This document shows positions 25,890 to 34,613 of a stretch of 51,710 bases of DNA, piece by piece. The DNA is taken from assembly GCA_046756905.1 (NCBI GenBank), contig JBHHXF010000001.1, positions 1-51,710 on the forward strand. The letters run 5' to 3'. The notes beneath the pieces are model-generated. The model saw only the letters and a list, made by a program, of their open reading frames with translations, was not told the origin of the DNA and made no database searches. Within the stretch, counting starts at the first letter, position 1. Each line of letters opens with the position of its first letter. The translations under genes and the position numbers were made by a program. This stretch comes from Anaerolineae bacterium (lineage in GTDB: Bacteria > Chloroflexota > Anaerolineae > Epilineales > JAANWY01).

Positions 25890-27251
25890 CTACAGCATGC
25901 CGTTTCCCTGGTAACGCCCCATGGCTATAGAGGCGTTCTGTCCGCCGAGTCCAAAAGAGTTAGATATAGCGATGTTGATCCGTGCCTCTCTCGGCTCCAG
26001 CGGAACGTAGTCCAGGTCGCATTCGGGGTCGGGTGTTTCCAGGTTGATGGTGGGATGAACGATACCCGTCTGGAGGGTCTTGATGGTCGCGATAGCCTCG
26101 ACTGCGCCGGCTGCTCCCCAGAGATGTCCTATCATGGACTTGCTGGAGTTCACAACGATATTGTAGGCGTGATCGCCCAACGCCTGCTTGATGGCCAAGG
26201 TCTCAGCCACATCCCCCAGTGGGGTTCCGGTTCCATGCGCGTTGACGTAGTCCACACTGGACGGGTCGACGCCGGCGCTCTTGAGTGCCGCCCGCATCGC
26301 GCGCGCAGCGCCCCCGGCCTGCGGGTCAGGAGCGATCAAGTGATAGGCATCGTTGGACGCCCCATAGCCCAGGATTTCAGCATAGATCCGGGCGTCGCGC
26401 CTTAACGCATGGCTGAGACTCTCCAAAATCAAAATCCCACACCCTTCGCCGCCGACGAAACCGTCTCGGTCTGCGTCGAAGGGCCGGCTGGCCTTGTCCG
26501 GTTCATCATTCCGTGTGGAATACGCCCGCCCGACGGCAAAGGCCGCCAGGCCAAGCTCACTCAGAGCTGCTTCGGTCCCTCCGGTGATCATCAGGTTCGC
26601 GTCACCGCGACGGATGACCTCGGCTGCTTCTCCGATAGCTTGTGTGCCGGCAGCACACGCTGTTGTGCAGGTATTATTGTAGCCTACGAACCCAAAACGC
26701 TTTGCCAGGTGATATGACGCCATGTTAGGTGGTATCATGACAATCAGGAAGGGTGAAAGGCGCATACCGCCTCGTTCAATCAACGTGCGAACGCCGGCCT
26801 GGGTCTCTCCGAGACCGCCTATCGCACACCCCAGCAACACCCCCGCGTCATCCCGCTGCCGCCCATCGGTCGACAGGTTGGCATCTTCCAGGGCCATACT
26901 GGCGGCTGCAACAGCAAACTGGCTGAAGCGTGCCATGCGACGCGCTTCTTTGCGATCTATGAAATCTTGCGCGTCAAAATCATAGATGAGCCCTGCAATC
27001 TGGGTAGGATATTCGCTGGCATCGAACCGGGTGATCCGAGATACGCCCGAATGCCCCGCGACCAATCCATCCCAATATTGATCAACGGACAGACCCAAAG
27101 AGGTTGTCGCGCCGACGCCCGTGACGACAACTCGCTTCTCAGGAGGCCGGCCGGCCACCAACGCGTTCCCGCACCGCATACAGAACCGAGCCGCATGGGG
27201 GTTCTCCATGCCACATTCAACACAAATCCGCATCTCCGTCATGATTGACAT
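25890..27251 (-). CDS. fabF: beta-ketoacyl-ACP synthase II with an N-terminal zinc-ribbon extension
   Basis: KAS motifs: active-site Cys in NTCTTACAAGTQ, then NAHGTGTPLGD and KSMIGHLWGAAG. The N-terminus RICVECGMENPHAARFCMRCGNAL has CxxC-x12-CxxC. Start is at 27251 or 27242, just after GGAGGGG. There is no start codon between the ribbon and KRVVVTGVG. Confidence 0.88.
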   Translation of the reverse strand: MSIMTEMRICVECGMENPHAARFCMRCGNALVAGRPPEKRVVVTGVGATTSLGLSVDQYWDGLVAGHSGVSRITRFDASEYPTQIAGLIYDFDAQDFIDRKEARRMARFSQFAVAAASMALEDANLSTDGRQRDDAGVLLGCAIGGLGETQAGVRTLIERGGMRLSPFLIVMIPPNMASYHLAKRFGFVGYNNTCTTACAAGTQAIGEAAEVIRRGDANLMITGGTEAALSELGLAAFAVGRAYSTRNDEPDKASRPFDADRDGFVGGEGCGILILESLSHALRRDARIYAEILGYGASNDAYHLIAPDPQAGGAARAMRAALKSAGVDPSSVDYVNAHGTGTPLGDVAETLAIKQALGDHAYNIVVNSSKSMIGHLWGAAGAVEAIATIKTLQTGIVHPTINLETPDPECDLDYVPLEPREARINIAISNSFGLGGQNASIAMGRYQGNGML

Positions 27252-27277
27252 TCCCCTCCTTATTGCAGACCAACTGG

Positions 27278-28063
27278 CTACTCTGTGACCGCCAACTGAT
27301 AGGTCAGAAGAATCTCCGGAATATAGTTGTAGACCTGAATCAGGTAGGTTGTAGGCTCGGCCGGGGCGAGCTTCACCCACCGCATATTCTTGGCGACGCC
27401 GTCTGACTTACCCTGGGCTGCCAACCAATGACCCAGGTAGGCGTTGAATCCGACACCGGGCGCGATTATCCAGTGATCCGGCTGGTAGACCATCTTGATC
27501 CAGATCGGTTTGCCGCCCGGATGATAGAACTGATAATAATCGAAGCTCCCGTGACGGAGTCCCGGCACACTCCCTTCGGCCAGGTCTACCAGAAGGCCAG
27601 GTTGCTGCGCTGTACCACCCGTTGCCGGCGACCCCACTTCCGCGTCTGCAAGGCCCTCCGGCACCAATGAGTAGCTCATCACGAAGCCCTGATAATAGTT
27701 GTGCACCTGAATCAGGTACCTGGTTGGGAAGTCGGTTGTCAGTGTGAAAGCCAGCTCAACTGCATGGGGATCAACTTTCATCCCCCGGCCCACCCGTCTC
27801 CCCTTCTCATCATACAGGTTGAAACCGATGCCTTGCTCCCTGTTTATGTGCCAGGGGGCAAAGTCCATCCTCAGCTTGACAGCTCGGCCGGCGCCCGGAT
27901 GTTCGAGAACATAGTAGTCAAAAGCGCCGCCGCTGTTACCGACAATGGTGCCGCCGCGAGCCTGATCGAGGGCTGGAGGGGCGCCGGCCTGGGCAACCGC
28001 AGTCGGCAGCATCAACAGGAGCATAACACTGAAGGCTACCACGCCCCGTGCAACAAGCCTCAT
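27278..28063 (-). CDS. secreted protein made of two tandem ~115-aa repeats, unknown family
   Basis: Signal-like segment VVAFSVMLLLMLPTAVAQA. Repeats share G(G/S)FDYY..HPG...GIGFN.Y...YLIQV.NY...Y.L. AAGGGGG before ATG 28063. Confidence 0.65.
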   Translation of the reverse strand: MRLVARGVVAFSVMLLLMLPTAVAQAGAPPALDQARGGTIVGNSGGAFDYYVLEHPGAGRAVKLRMDFAPWHINREQGIGFNLYDEKGRRVGRGMKVDPHAVELAFTLTTDFPTRYLIQVHNYYQGFVMSYSLVPEGLADAEVGSPATGGTAQQPGLLVDLAEGSVPGLRHGSFDYYQFYHPGGKPIWIKMVYQPDHWIIAPGVGFNAYLGHWLAAQGKSDGVAKNMRWVKLAPAEPTTYLIQVYNYIPEILLTYQLAVTE

Positions 28064-28201
28064 CGGATTCCCCCTTTTCATTTGTGCGTTTCTCTCCTCA
28101 AGCGGGCCTTGCGCCCGCCAGGGCACCCGTAATAGGTGCCCATACAATCTAATACGTCCTATCGGTATGCGACCTGGCCTAGGTACAGGGCAACAATCTC
28201 G

Positions 28202-28969
28202 CTACACGCGGTACGTCTGACCCTCTTCTGCTAACATCACTCGGTCTCCAAACGTACGCTCCGCCCCGGCGCGCCGGCGCTCATCATCAGCCCCGCGCAG
28301 GAAGTGCGTGAGCATGAGTCGCTTTACGTTCGCTCGCCTGGCAATAGCGCCGGCCTCGCTCGCCGCCATGTGGCCTCGTTCTTCCGGTAATTCCTCGGGC
28401 GTCAGAAATACCGCCTCACACACAAACAGGTCGCCATCTCGTGCAAGGTCCTCCACAGCCTCGCACGGACCCGTATCCGCAGAGTATATCAACACGCGAC
28501 CCGCCGATTCGATGCGCATGGCATAGCTAGGAACATGGTGCTTCACCCGCTTGAAGCGCACGACTGCATCGCCTACCTGCACCGCGTCATCGGCCGGATA
28601 GACCTCTAGACGAAATACCTCGGCAAACACGTCCAGGCCGGCGTCCGAGAAGATCGCCGTTAGAAGCCCTAGACGCGCCGGATCATCGGGGGGCACATAC
28701 AGCGCTGGACGATGCTCATCCACACTACCAGGGCCGTACCGCAGGCCGTGGTGATAAGGTACGAGATCGAAGCAATGATCGGGGTGTAGGTGTGAGATGA
28801 AAATGGCGTCAATATCTCCTAGCTCCAGATGTTGACGCAGTTTCCCCACAACCCCAGGCCCACAATCCAACAAGAGCCGGCTCTCTCGCGTCTCAACGAG
28901 ATAACCGGAACAGGCACCGCCAGGATTCTGTACCCATGGACTCGCGCCCAAAACGGTTAATCGCATCAC
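28202..28969 (-). CDS. MBL-fold metallo-hydrolase
   Basis: HxHxDH motif ISHLHPDHCFD. Overall beta-lactamase-fold pattern. Confidence 0.85.
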   Translation of the reverse strand: MMRLTVLGASPWVQNPGGACSGYLVETRESRLLLDCGPGVVGKLRQHLELGDIDAIFISHLHPDHCFDLVPYHHGLRYGPGSVDEHRPALYVPPDDPARLGLLTAIFSDAGLDVFAEVFRLEVYPADDAVQVGDAVVRFKRVKHHVPSYAMRIESAGRVLIYSADTGPCEAVEDLARDGDLFVCEAVFLTPEELPEERGHMAASEAGAIARRANVKRLMLTHFLRGADDERRRAGAERTFGDRVMLAEEGQTYRV

Positions 28970-28972
28970 TGT

Positions 28973-29704
28973 TCACTGGCCATTACCAGCATTAGCTGGC
29001 CAACCATACCAGTTCCAACGATCCGGGGGCCAAATGGAGACCAACACACGTCCAACAATCAAGTCCCTGGGCACACTGCCCCAGACACGAGAATCACCGC
29101 TGTGATCGCGATTGTCGCCCAACATGAAGTAGTAGCCCGGTGGTATCAGGGTTGGTGGATAGGGGCGCTTGCCCACGGAGGGATGGTAATGTTCCTCGAG
29201 CAACCCAGCATTGATGTAAACGCGACCGCCTCGCAACTCGATTGTCTCGCCCGGTAGTCCCACAACCCGCTTGATGAGTTTCTCCGACGTCCCACGTGGC
29301 GAGTCGATAACAACGATGTCGCCCCGCGCCGGCTCACCGATTCGGTACGCCAGCTTGTTGACCAGCAGCCGTTGACCACCCACCAGGTTGGGTTCCATGC
29401 TTTGGCCCTCGACAACCGTGTTCTGTATGGTTGCCTGCAACAGTACGAAGAGAATCAGGGCCATTATTCCCGCCTCAAGGATGTCGCGCAAGAGTCGCCG
29501 CAGATGCGTGTACCACGACGTCGCGGGAGTTTCTTCTTCAGCATCCGCAGATGTTATTTCCAGTTCAAAGTTCTCGTCATCCACAATCAGCTTAACCTCC
29601 GGTAGCGTCTCGAACTGCCCTGATATTTTCTTCCGGTGTCGTGATCGGCGTGACGCAACCCGCACCGAGGATGAATCGCCGGCCGCCGGTCTGATTAATT
29701 GCAT
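28973..29704 (-). CDS. lepB: signal peptidase I; start uncertain (29704, or GTG 29584 just after the upstream stop)
   Basis: Motifs GQSMEPNL, IKRVVGLPGETI and GDNRDHSGDSR. Confidence 0.85.
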   Translation of the reverse strand: MQLIRPAAGDSSSVRVASRRSRHRKKISGQFETLPEVKLIVDDENFELEITSADAEEETPATSWYTHLRRLLRDILEAGIMALILFVLLQATIQNTVVEGQSMEPNLVGGQRLLVNKLAYRIGEPARGDIVVIDSPRGTSEKLIKRVVGLPGETIELRGGRVYINAGLLEEHYHPSVGKRPYPPTLIPPGYYFMLGDNRDHSGDSRVWGSVPRDLIVGRVLVSIWPPDRWNWYGWPANAGNGQ

Positions 29705-30602
29705 CTACTGCCTGGGATCGCACCTCCTCAGGCCGGCCACCCGTCAGCACAGCTTCTGTGAGCCCTCCAACGACGGCGCCGTCAAACTTCGACAGCGCTT
29801 CCACGATCGGTGGGCCGGCAATGCGGGTGTGCCAGTTGACAGCATCAACCGGATAGGACTGCACAGGCATGTCGAAGTAAATATCGTCGCCATGAATGTG
29901 CAGCAAAAGAAAATCTGTATGGTCTCGCAGTGCATCCAGCACCTGCTGATCGTACGGGATGCCCCACTCCTGGAACTGATCCTCACCAACAAGCCCTGGT
30001 TGCGCCATCTGAGTGGCGAAGAAAAGACTGTCAGCGCCGGCCTCCAGCGATGCCAGGCCAAACTCGGTTGTCACCTCAGCGATGATGTCCATGGCATGCC
30101 GAAGGTCTGTGGGATAGTCGGCCATAGCAGTCGCTAGAAAATCCCCCATGAGACCGTAGGCAACGTTGAAGGGGCTGAAGATCGTCTCAAGAATAGGCAC
30201 ATCCCCGTCGAGCTCGCTGCGCAGCTCGCGTAGCGCCTGGAGTTCGCGACCGTAGACTCCCTGAGAGACGTCCAACAGCTCCAGGCTCCGCAAGGCCGGC
30301 CGGCTCTGTACCGGTCGGGACAACACGGTCCGAGTGCCGTGAACATTGCCAGGCGGCCGGTATTCGAAAGCGCCTCCCCAGTCGTCGAAATAGTATCCAC
30401 TGGCCGGCGTAACCTTGACAAAGTCCCAATCCCACTGATTCTGCCAGTCTGCCAGCGCCCGAGCAAGTCCCCGTGCCGTCTGGTCCTGCTCAGGGTAGTG
30501 CTGCCAAAGAGCCACTGGTGGACGATCAACCTCCTCGCCCTTCAGGGCCGCAAGTACGCGCTCACGCTTTTTCACACAAACCTCCGGTCTTGAATCATCC
30601 AT
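29592..30602 (-). CDS. uroporphyrinogen decarboxylase (URO-D) family protein
   Basis: N-terminus KRERVLAALKGEEVDRPPVALW and URO-D-like body. ATG 30602 is preferred. The ORF-track extension to 30791 has no support. Confidence 0.7.
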   Translation of the reverse strand: MDDSRPEVCVKKRERVLAALKGEEVDRPPVALWQHYPEQDQTARGLARALADWQNQWDWDFVKVTPASGYYFDDWGGAFEYRPPGNVHGTRTVLSRPVQSRPALRSLELLDVSQGVYGRELQALRELRSELDGDVPILETIFSPFNVAYGLMGDFLATAMADYPTDLRHAMDIIAEVTTEFGLASLEAGADSLFFATQMAQPGLVGEDQFQEWGIPYDQQVLDALRDHTDFLLLHIHGDDIYFDMPVQSYPVDAVNWHTRIAGPPIVEALSKFDGAVVGGLTEAVLTGGRPEEVRSQAVDAINQTGGRRFILGAGCVTPITTPEENIRAVRDATGG

Positions 30603-31545
30603 CCTATCTTGCTTGCACAACACATGAATTCTATCAGAAACCGGTGGATTTGACAAAGAGCCGCACTCATTCATATACAATGTTGCCGGAGTGAGCGGTG
30701 TCAACGGCGGTGGGGTAGACGAAACTGCGCCGCTCTCTCCACTCTTATAGACGATGGAGTTTCGTATCCACACTTCGGAGTTGGACAACATAGCGACACT
30801 GGTGGTATAATAAGCACAAATAGAATACTCAAAGCATGAAGTTGCCTGCCGGGGAAAGCCACAGCAAAAATACCGACACGTACCACGGGGATAACGAACT
30901 CAGTTGGGGTGACAGTGAATCTATCGGCTCGCGGTCATGTACCACCTATCGCAAAGGCCGTGACGGAACACCCTCTGATCTCAGGTCTAAATGTCGAGAT
31001 GATGCTACACCGGCCATGAACTGATCGCTGGTGATTGTACCGTTGCCACGTCGCCGGCCTTTCAAGGCGAAACTAAAGATCTAGCCGACAAGTAGTAACG
31101 ACCTCAGTCGTGCTCGAAGCATGTGAAGCCGATACTACGAACCTTCTTCGGAGAGGATCTGAACACAGCTTAGTGATCATCTCGATCTTTTGCAGCGATT
31201 TCTAGAAGTCTTGCCCTCAATCTTGTATAGATTGAAGGCCCAATGCTACCAGTTACGTGCCGAGTGGGACGCCCTGTGCTTGCATCGAGAACAGAAACGA
31301 TATTCTAGTACACGCCGCCGATATACGTTGTCTTGCTCGCAGGTGTCGCAGAAGCCCCCCACCCTATCGGTGTGCTTCAAGCGACTTCCCGGCAACTTTG
31401 CATCACCAGCTTCATGCACGGAATCCAGCGCGACTTTTGGGATACGAGACATCCGACTCTGTGATCATCGGCCTCGTTTTCCATAAGCAGGATTTACTCG
31501 CTGCCTGATTGCTAAAAGACGGGCAGCCCAAGGAGGCATGGAGTA

Positions 31546-32655
31546 ATGAAAGATCGAGACTATGATAAGTCAGTTGATGTGGCGGTGTTTGTAGACTTCG
31601 AAAACATCTACATCTCTGTACGGAACAAGTATGACGTCAACCCCAATTTTGAGTCCATCATGGACAAATGCCTGGAGTATGGCCGTGTAACCATCGCCCG
31701 GGCTTACGCCGACTGGTACCGCTATCCACGAATAACCAACGCGCTATACGCCAACAGTATTGAGCCGATCTACGTTCCCACATACTACTACGACAGGGAC
31801 CAGGGTCGAACTGGCAAAGCGATTAAGAACAGCGTCGACATCCACCTCTGCATCGACGCCATGAGAACGCTATACACGCATCCCACCATCACGACGTACA
31901 TCCTGATCACGGGCGATAGAGACTTCATTCCCCTGATCAATGCCGTCCGGCAACACGGCAAGCAGGTCGTGGTCATCGGCGTCGCGGAGGCCGCATCCTC
32001 TCACCTGGCACAAAGCGCTGATGAGTTCATGTTCTATCGGCAAGTACTGGACAATGGCGAAAAGCCAACCCAGGCAACCAAGGATCCATACGCCGCCCTG
32101 GTTGAAGCTATCAACATGGCGCGTCAGCGTAACAACGTATGTACCCTCGCAACGCTTAAGCTCTTGATGGTAGAGGTCATGGGTTCCTTCGATCATTCGA
32201 AGTACCGAGACCATCAGGGAAAGCCGTTCAGTAAGTTCAAGGACTTCGTAAAGGAGGCCGAGCGACGAGGCTTGGTGCAGATCTTCACCAGCGGCACGGT
32301 CAATGAAGTCTTCTTTCCCGAGGAAGACCCGTACGAACTCAGCCAGTTCGCACCCGAACCACCGCCATCCGTGGAAGAGCCTGTACCAGCACCTGAGGAC
32401 GGCCTGGGGCCGCGCGAATGGCGCGCCTTCGAGGAAGCCGTCGCCGACCTTGACGAGCCGGCCTTGTTCATCCAGATTTACGACTCACTACGCAGCTTCC
32501 GCAACAGAGACCGGATTGATCTGTCCAACCGACAGATTAAGAAAATGATTAAACAAGCGATCAACTCCGGCATGCTCGAACGACAGACGAAGGGAAGCCA
32601 CGCATACTACGCGATCAATCGCAGCCATCCGAATTGGAAAGCATGGACTAATTGA
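31546..32655 (+). CDS. NYN-domain (LabA/DUF88-like) protein with a C-terminal OST-HTH/LOTUS-like region
   Basis: VAVFVDFENIY, ARAYADW and ITGDRDFIPLINAVRQHGKQVVVIGV. AAGGAGG before the ATG. Confidence 0.8.
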   Translation: MKDRDYDKSVDVAVFVDFENIYISVRNKYDVNPNFESIMDKCLEYGRVTIARAYADWYRYPRITNALYANSIEPIYVPTYYYDRDQGRTGKAIKNSVDIHLCIDAMRTLYTHPTITTYILITGDRDFIPLINAVRQHGKQVVVIGVAEAASSHLAQSADEFMFYRQVLDNGEKPTQATKDPYAALVEAINMARQRNNVCTLATLKLLMVEVMGSFDHSKYRDHQGKPFSKFKDFVKEAERRGLVQIFTSGTVNEVFFPEEDPYELSQFAPEPPPSVEEPVPAPEDGLGPREWRAFEEAVADLDEPALFIQIYDSLRSFRNRDRIDLSNRQIKKMIKQAINSGMLERQTKGSHAYYAINRSHPNWKAWTN

Positions 32656-32738
32656 GCGCGTGAGCCATGGTGCAGGTGAGTGGAGATGAGTCGCTCCGGA
32701 AACCGCCTGCTTTCGAATATGAGACCAGGAGACATTAG

Positions 32739-33683
32739 ATAGCCCTCGCCAAAATAATCCTCAACCCGATCGCGGGACGCGGCTTGGCAGCACGGCTAGA
32801 ACCCACAGTCGTCGAGACGTTGCGGCGCTACGATGTCGAGTTCGACGCGGTTGCTACCACAGATCGCGGCGATGGTGTTCGGCTAGCTAGGGACGCGGTG
32901 GAGACCGGCTACCACTCGATCATCGCTGTGGGAGGCGACGGCATCGTACACGAGGTCGTCAACGGGATCTTGCACGCCGGCGCCGGTCCCGACGACGTCA
33001 CCCTGGGAATTTTGCCCGCCGGGTCCGGCAACGATTTTGTCAAGATGCTCGATCTGCCGGGCGAAGACATCGCGACCGCATGTTTGCGAATCGGTCGCGG
33101 TCAGACGCGCGTCGTCGATGTGGGGCGGATCAACGAGATGATGTCTGGCGGCCGGCCTGTCTATTCTGAGAGTGCTGGCCGGCCAGGTTATTTCGCCAAC
33201 ATGCTGGGGATCGGCTTCACGGGGCTCGTAGCCATTGAAAGCCAGAAGATTGATTGGCTCACCGGTCTACCCTTGTATCTGGTCGCCCTCATTCGAACAC
33301 TAGCCCTCACGTACCAGACGCCGCAGATGGAGATGAACCTGGACGGAAACCTGATCAGCCAGCGCACCACCGAAGTCGCCATCGCAAACGGCCGTTGTCA
33401 GGGCGGCGGGTTCTGGATGACACCAGATGCCGAAGTCGATGATGGTTGGTTTGATCTGGCCATTGCCCGAGGGCTAAGCCGGGTCGGCATTATGCAACTG
33501 ATCCCTGATCTCATGCGCGGTACGCACGTCGACAAGGAACCAGTCACCATGGCACGCGCACGACGCGTGACGATCAACAGCGCCCACCCATTGCCAGTCC
33601 AGGCCGATGGGGAGATTCTCGCATCACGAGCTACCTACTTAGACCTTGAAATCCTGCCGCAGAAGCTTCGAGTGTTTGCGTAG
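32739..33683 (+). CDS. diacylglycerol/lipid kinase (YegS/BmrU family); no canonical start codon for the conserved N-terminus
   Basis: GGDGIVHEVVNG and ILPAGSGNDF. The conserved first strand AKIILNPIAGRG lies between an in-frame TAG (32736-32738) and the first listed start TTG 32784. Confidence 0.75.
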   Translation: MALAKIILNPIAGRGLAARLEPTVVETLRRYDVEFDAVATTDRGDGVRLARDAVETGYHSIIAVGGDGIVHEVVNGILHAGAGPDDVTLGILPAGSGNDFVKMLDLPGEDIATACLRIGRGQTRVVDVGRINEMMSGGRPVYSESAGRPGYFANMLGIGFTGLVAIESQKIDWLTGLPLYLVALIRTLALTYQTPQMEMNLDGNLISQRTTEVAIANGRCQGGGFWMTPDAEVDDGWFDLAIARGLSRVGIMQLIPDLMRGTHVDKEPVTMARARRVTINSAHPLPVQADGEILASRATYLDLEILPQKLRVFA

Positions 33684-33828
33684 GAAGTAACTACAGGCAT
33701 ATGAACCCTTGCGAAGGTTTGCGAGCAAATTCTGGGCCGGCAGTGTCCTCACAAGCCGAAAACCGCTCTTTGGCAAGGCCATTCGTAACCTTCGCAAGGG
33801 TGGCTGAGTAGTTACCGTAGGAATAGCA

Positions 33829-34437
33829 ATGGGCCTACAGCTCGTGGCACTCGGTCTGATCGCCTACCTGTTGGGCTCGATACCATTCGGTGTTCTGTTT
33901 GCACGGCTGTTCGCCAAGACTGACATTCGAACATTGGGTAGCCGGCACACGGGAGCACTGAACACATGGCGAGGCGCCGGCTGGCTGCCGGCTGCCCTCA
34001 CCCTGTTGGGTGATGTCGGAAAGGGGGCCGTCGCTGTCTGGCTGGCTCAGCAGTACGGTTGGAGCGCCTACGCTGTTGCTGTAGCCGGCGCACTGGTTAT
34101 CGCCGGCCACTGTTGGCCAGTTTGGCTGCGTTTCCGGGGCGGGATGGGGGCTGCCACGGGCGGGGGCGTTGCGCTGATGACAATGCCACCGATTCTCGTG
34201 GTCGCTATCGTGAGTTGGGGGTTGTGGTCGCTCATCCTCCGCCACTCGCCACGTGCCATCAGTATCACGGCCTTGCTATTGCCCGTTGCCACGTGGCTGA
34301 TGGGGTATCCCCCGGCAACCATGGCTCTGGCACTCGCAGCCAGCGCCATCATCTTTGTGCGTCACATTTCAGAACTGACCAGAGAATACCAGAGCTTCTG
34401 GATCGACAGCGGGCGCACGAGCGCGCGTCTGACATGA
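33829..34437 (+). CDS. plsY: glycerol-3-phosphate acyltransferase PlsY
   Basis: LLGSIPFGVLFARL, DIRTLGS..TGALN and DVGKG, with multiple TM segments. Confidence 0.85.
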   Translation: MGLQLVALGLIAYLLGSIPFGVLFARLFAKTDIRTLGSRHTGALNTWRGAGWLPAALTLLGDVGKGAVAVWLAQQYGWSAYAVAVAGALVIAGHCWPVWLRFRGGMGAATGGGVALMTMPPILVVAIVSWGLWSLILRHSPRAISITALLLPVATWLMGYPPATMALALAASAIIFVRHISELTREYQSFWIDSGRTSARLT

Positions 34438-34613
34438 GCCAAAAAAGTTTCACAGTGCAACAGTATCTAAATGGAATTCACCCCGTTTTGACTGACTAGA
34501 ACTCACTACCAGCATCTTTCAGTGGGGGGAATCAGACAGGCTGAGCAGCGGAGGAACACTCCTCACCCCTGCACCCCGCGCCCTGGCTCCCCAGCATAGA
34601 ACAGGAGGCCGCT

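Noticed and set aside
25653-26405. 250-aa plus-strand ORF opposite fabF and the membrane protein gene
   Set aside because: It is antisense to two well-supported genes. No motifs are present.
30836-31024. 62-aa plus-strand ORF, and the 31190..31486 / 31257..31508 ORFs
   Set aside because: They have no ribosome-binding sites, they overlap each other, and they carry no recognisable motifs.
31246-31452. 68-codon minus-strand ORF with CxxC...CxxC (possible zinc-ribbon miniprotein)
   Set aside because: It has no convincing ribosome-binding site and atypical composition, and it sits in a region with several overlapping short ORFs. It is kept only as a note inside the finding on the unexplained spacer.
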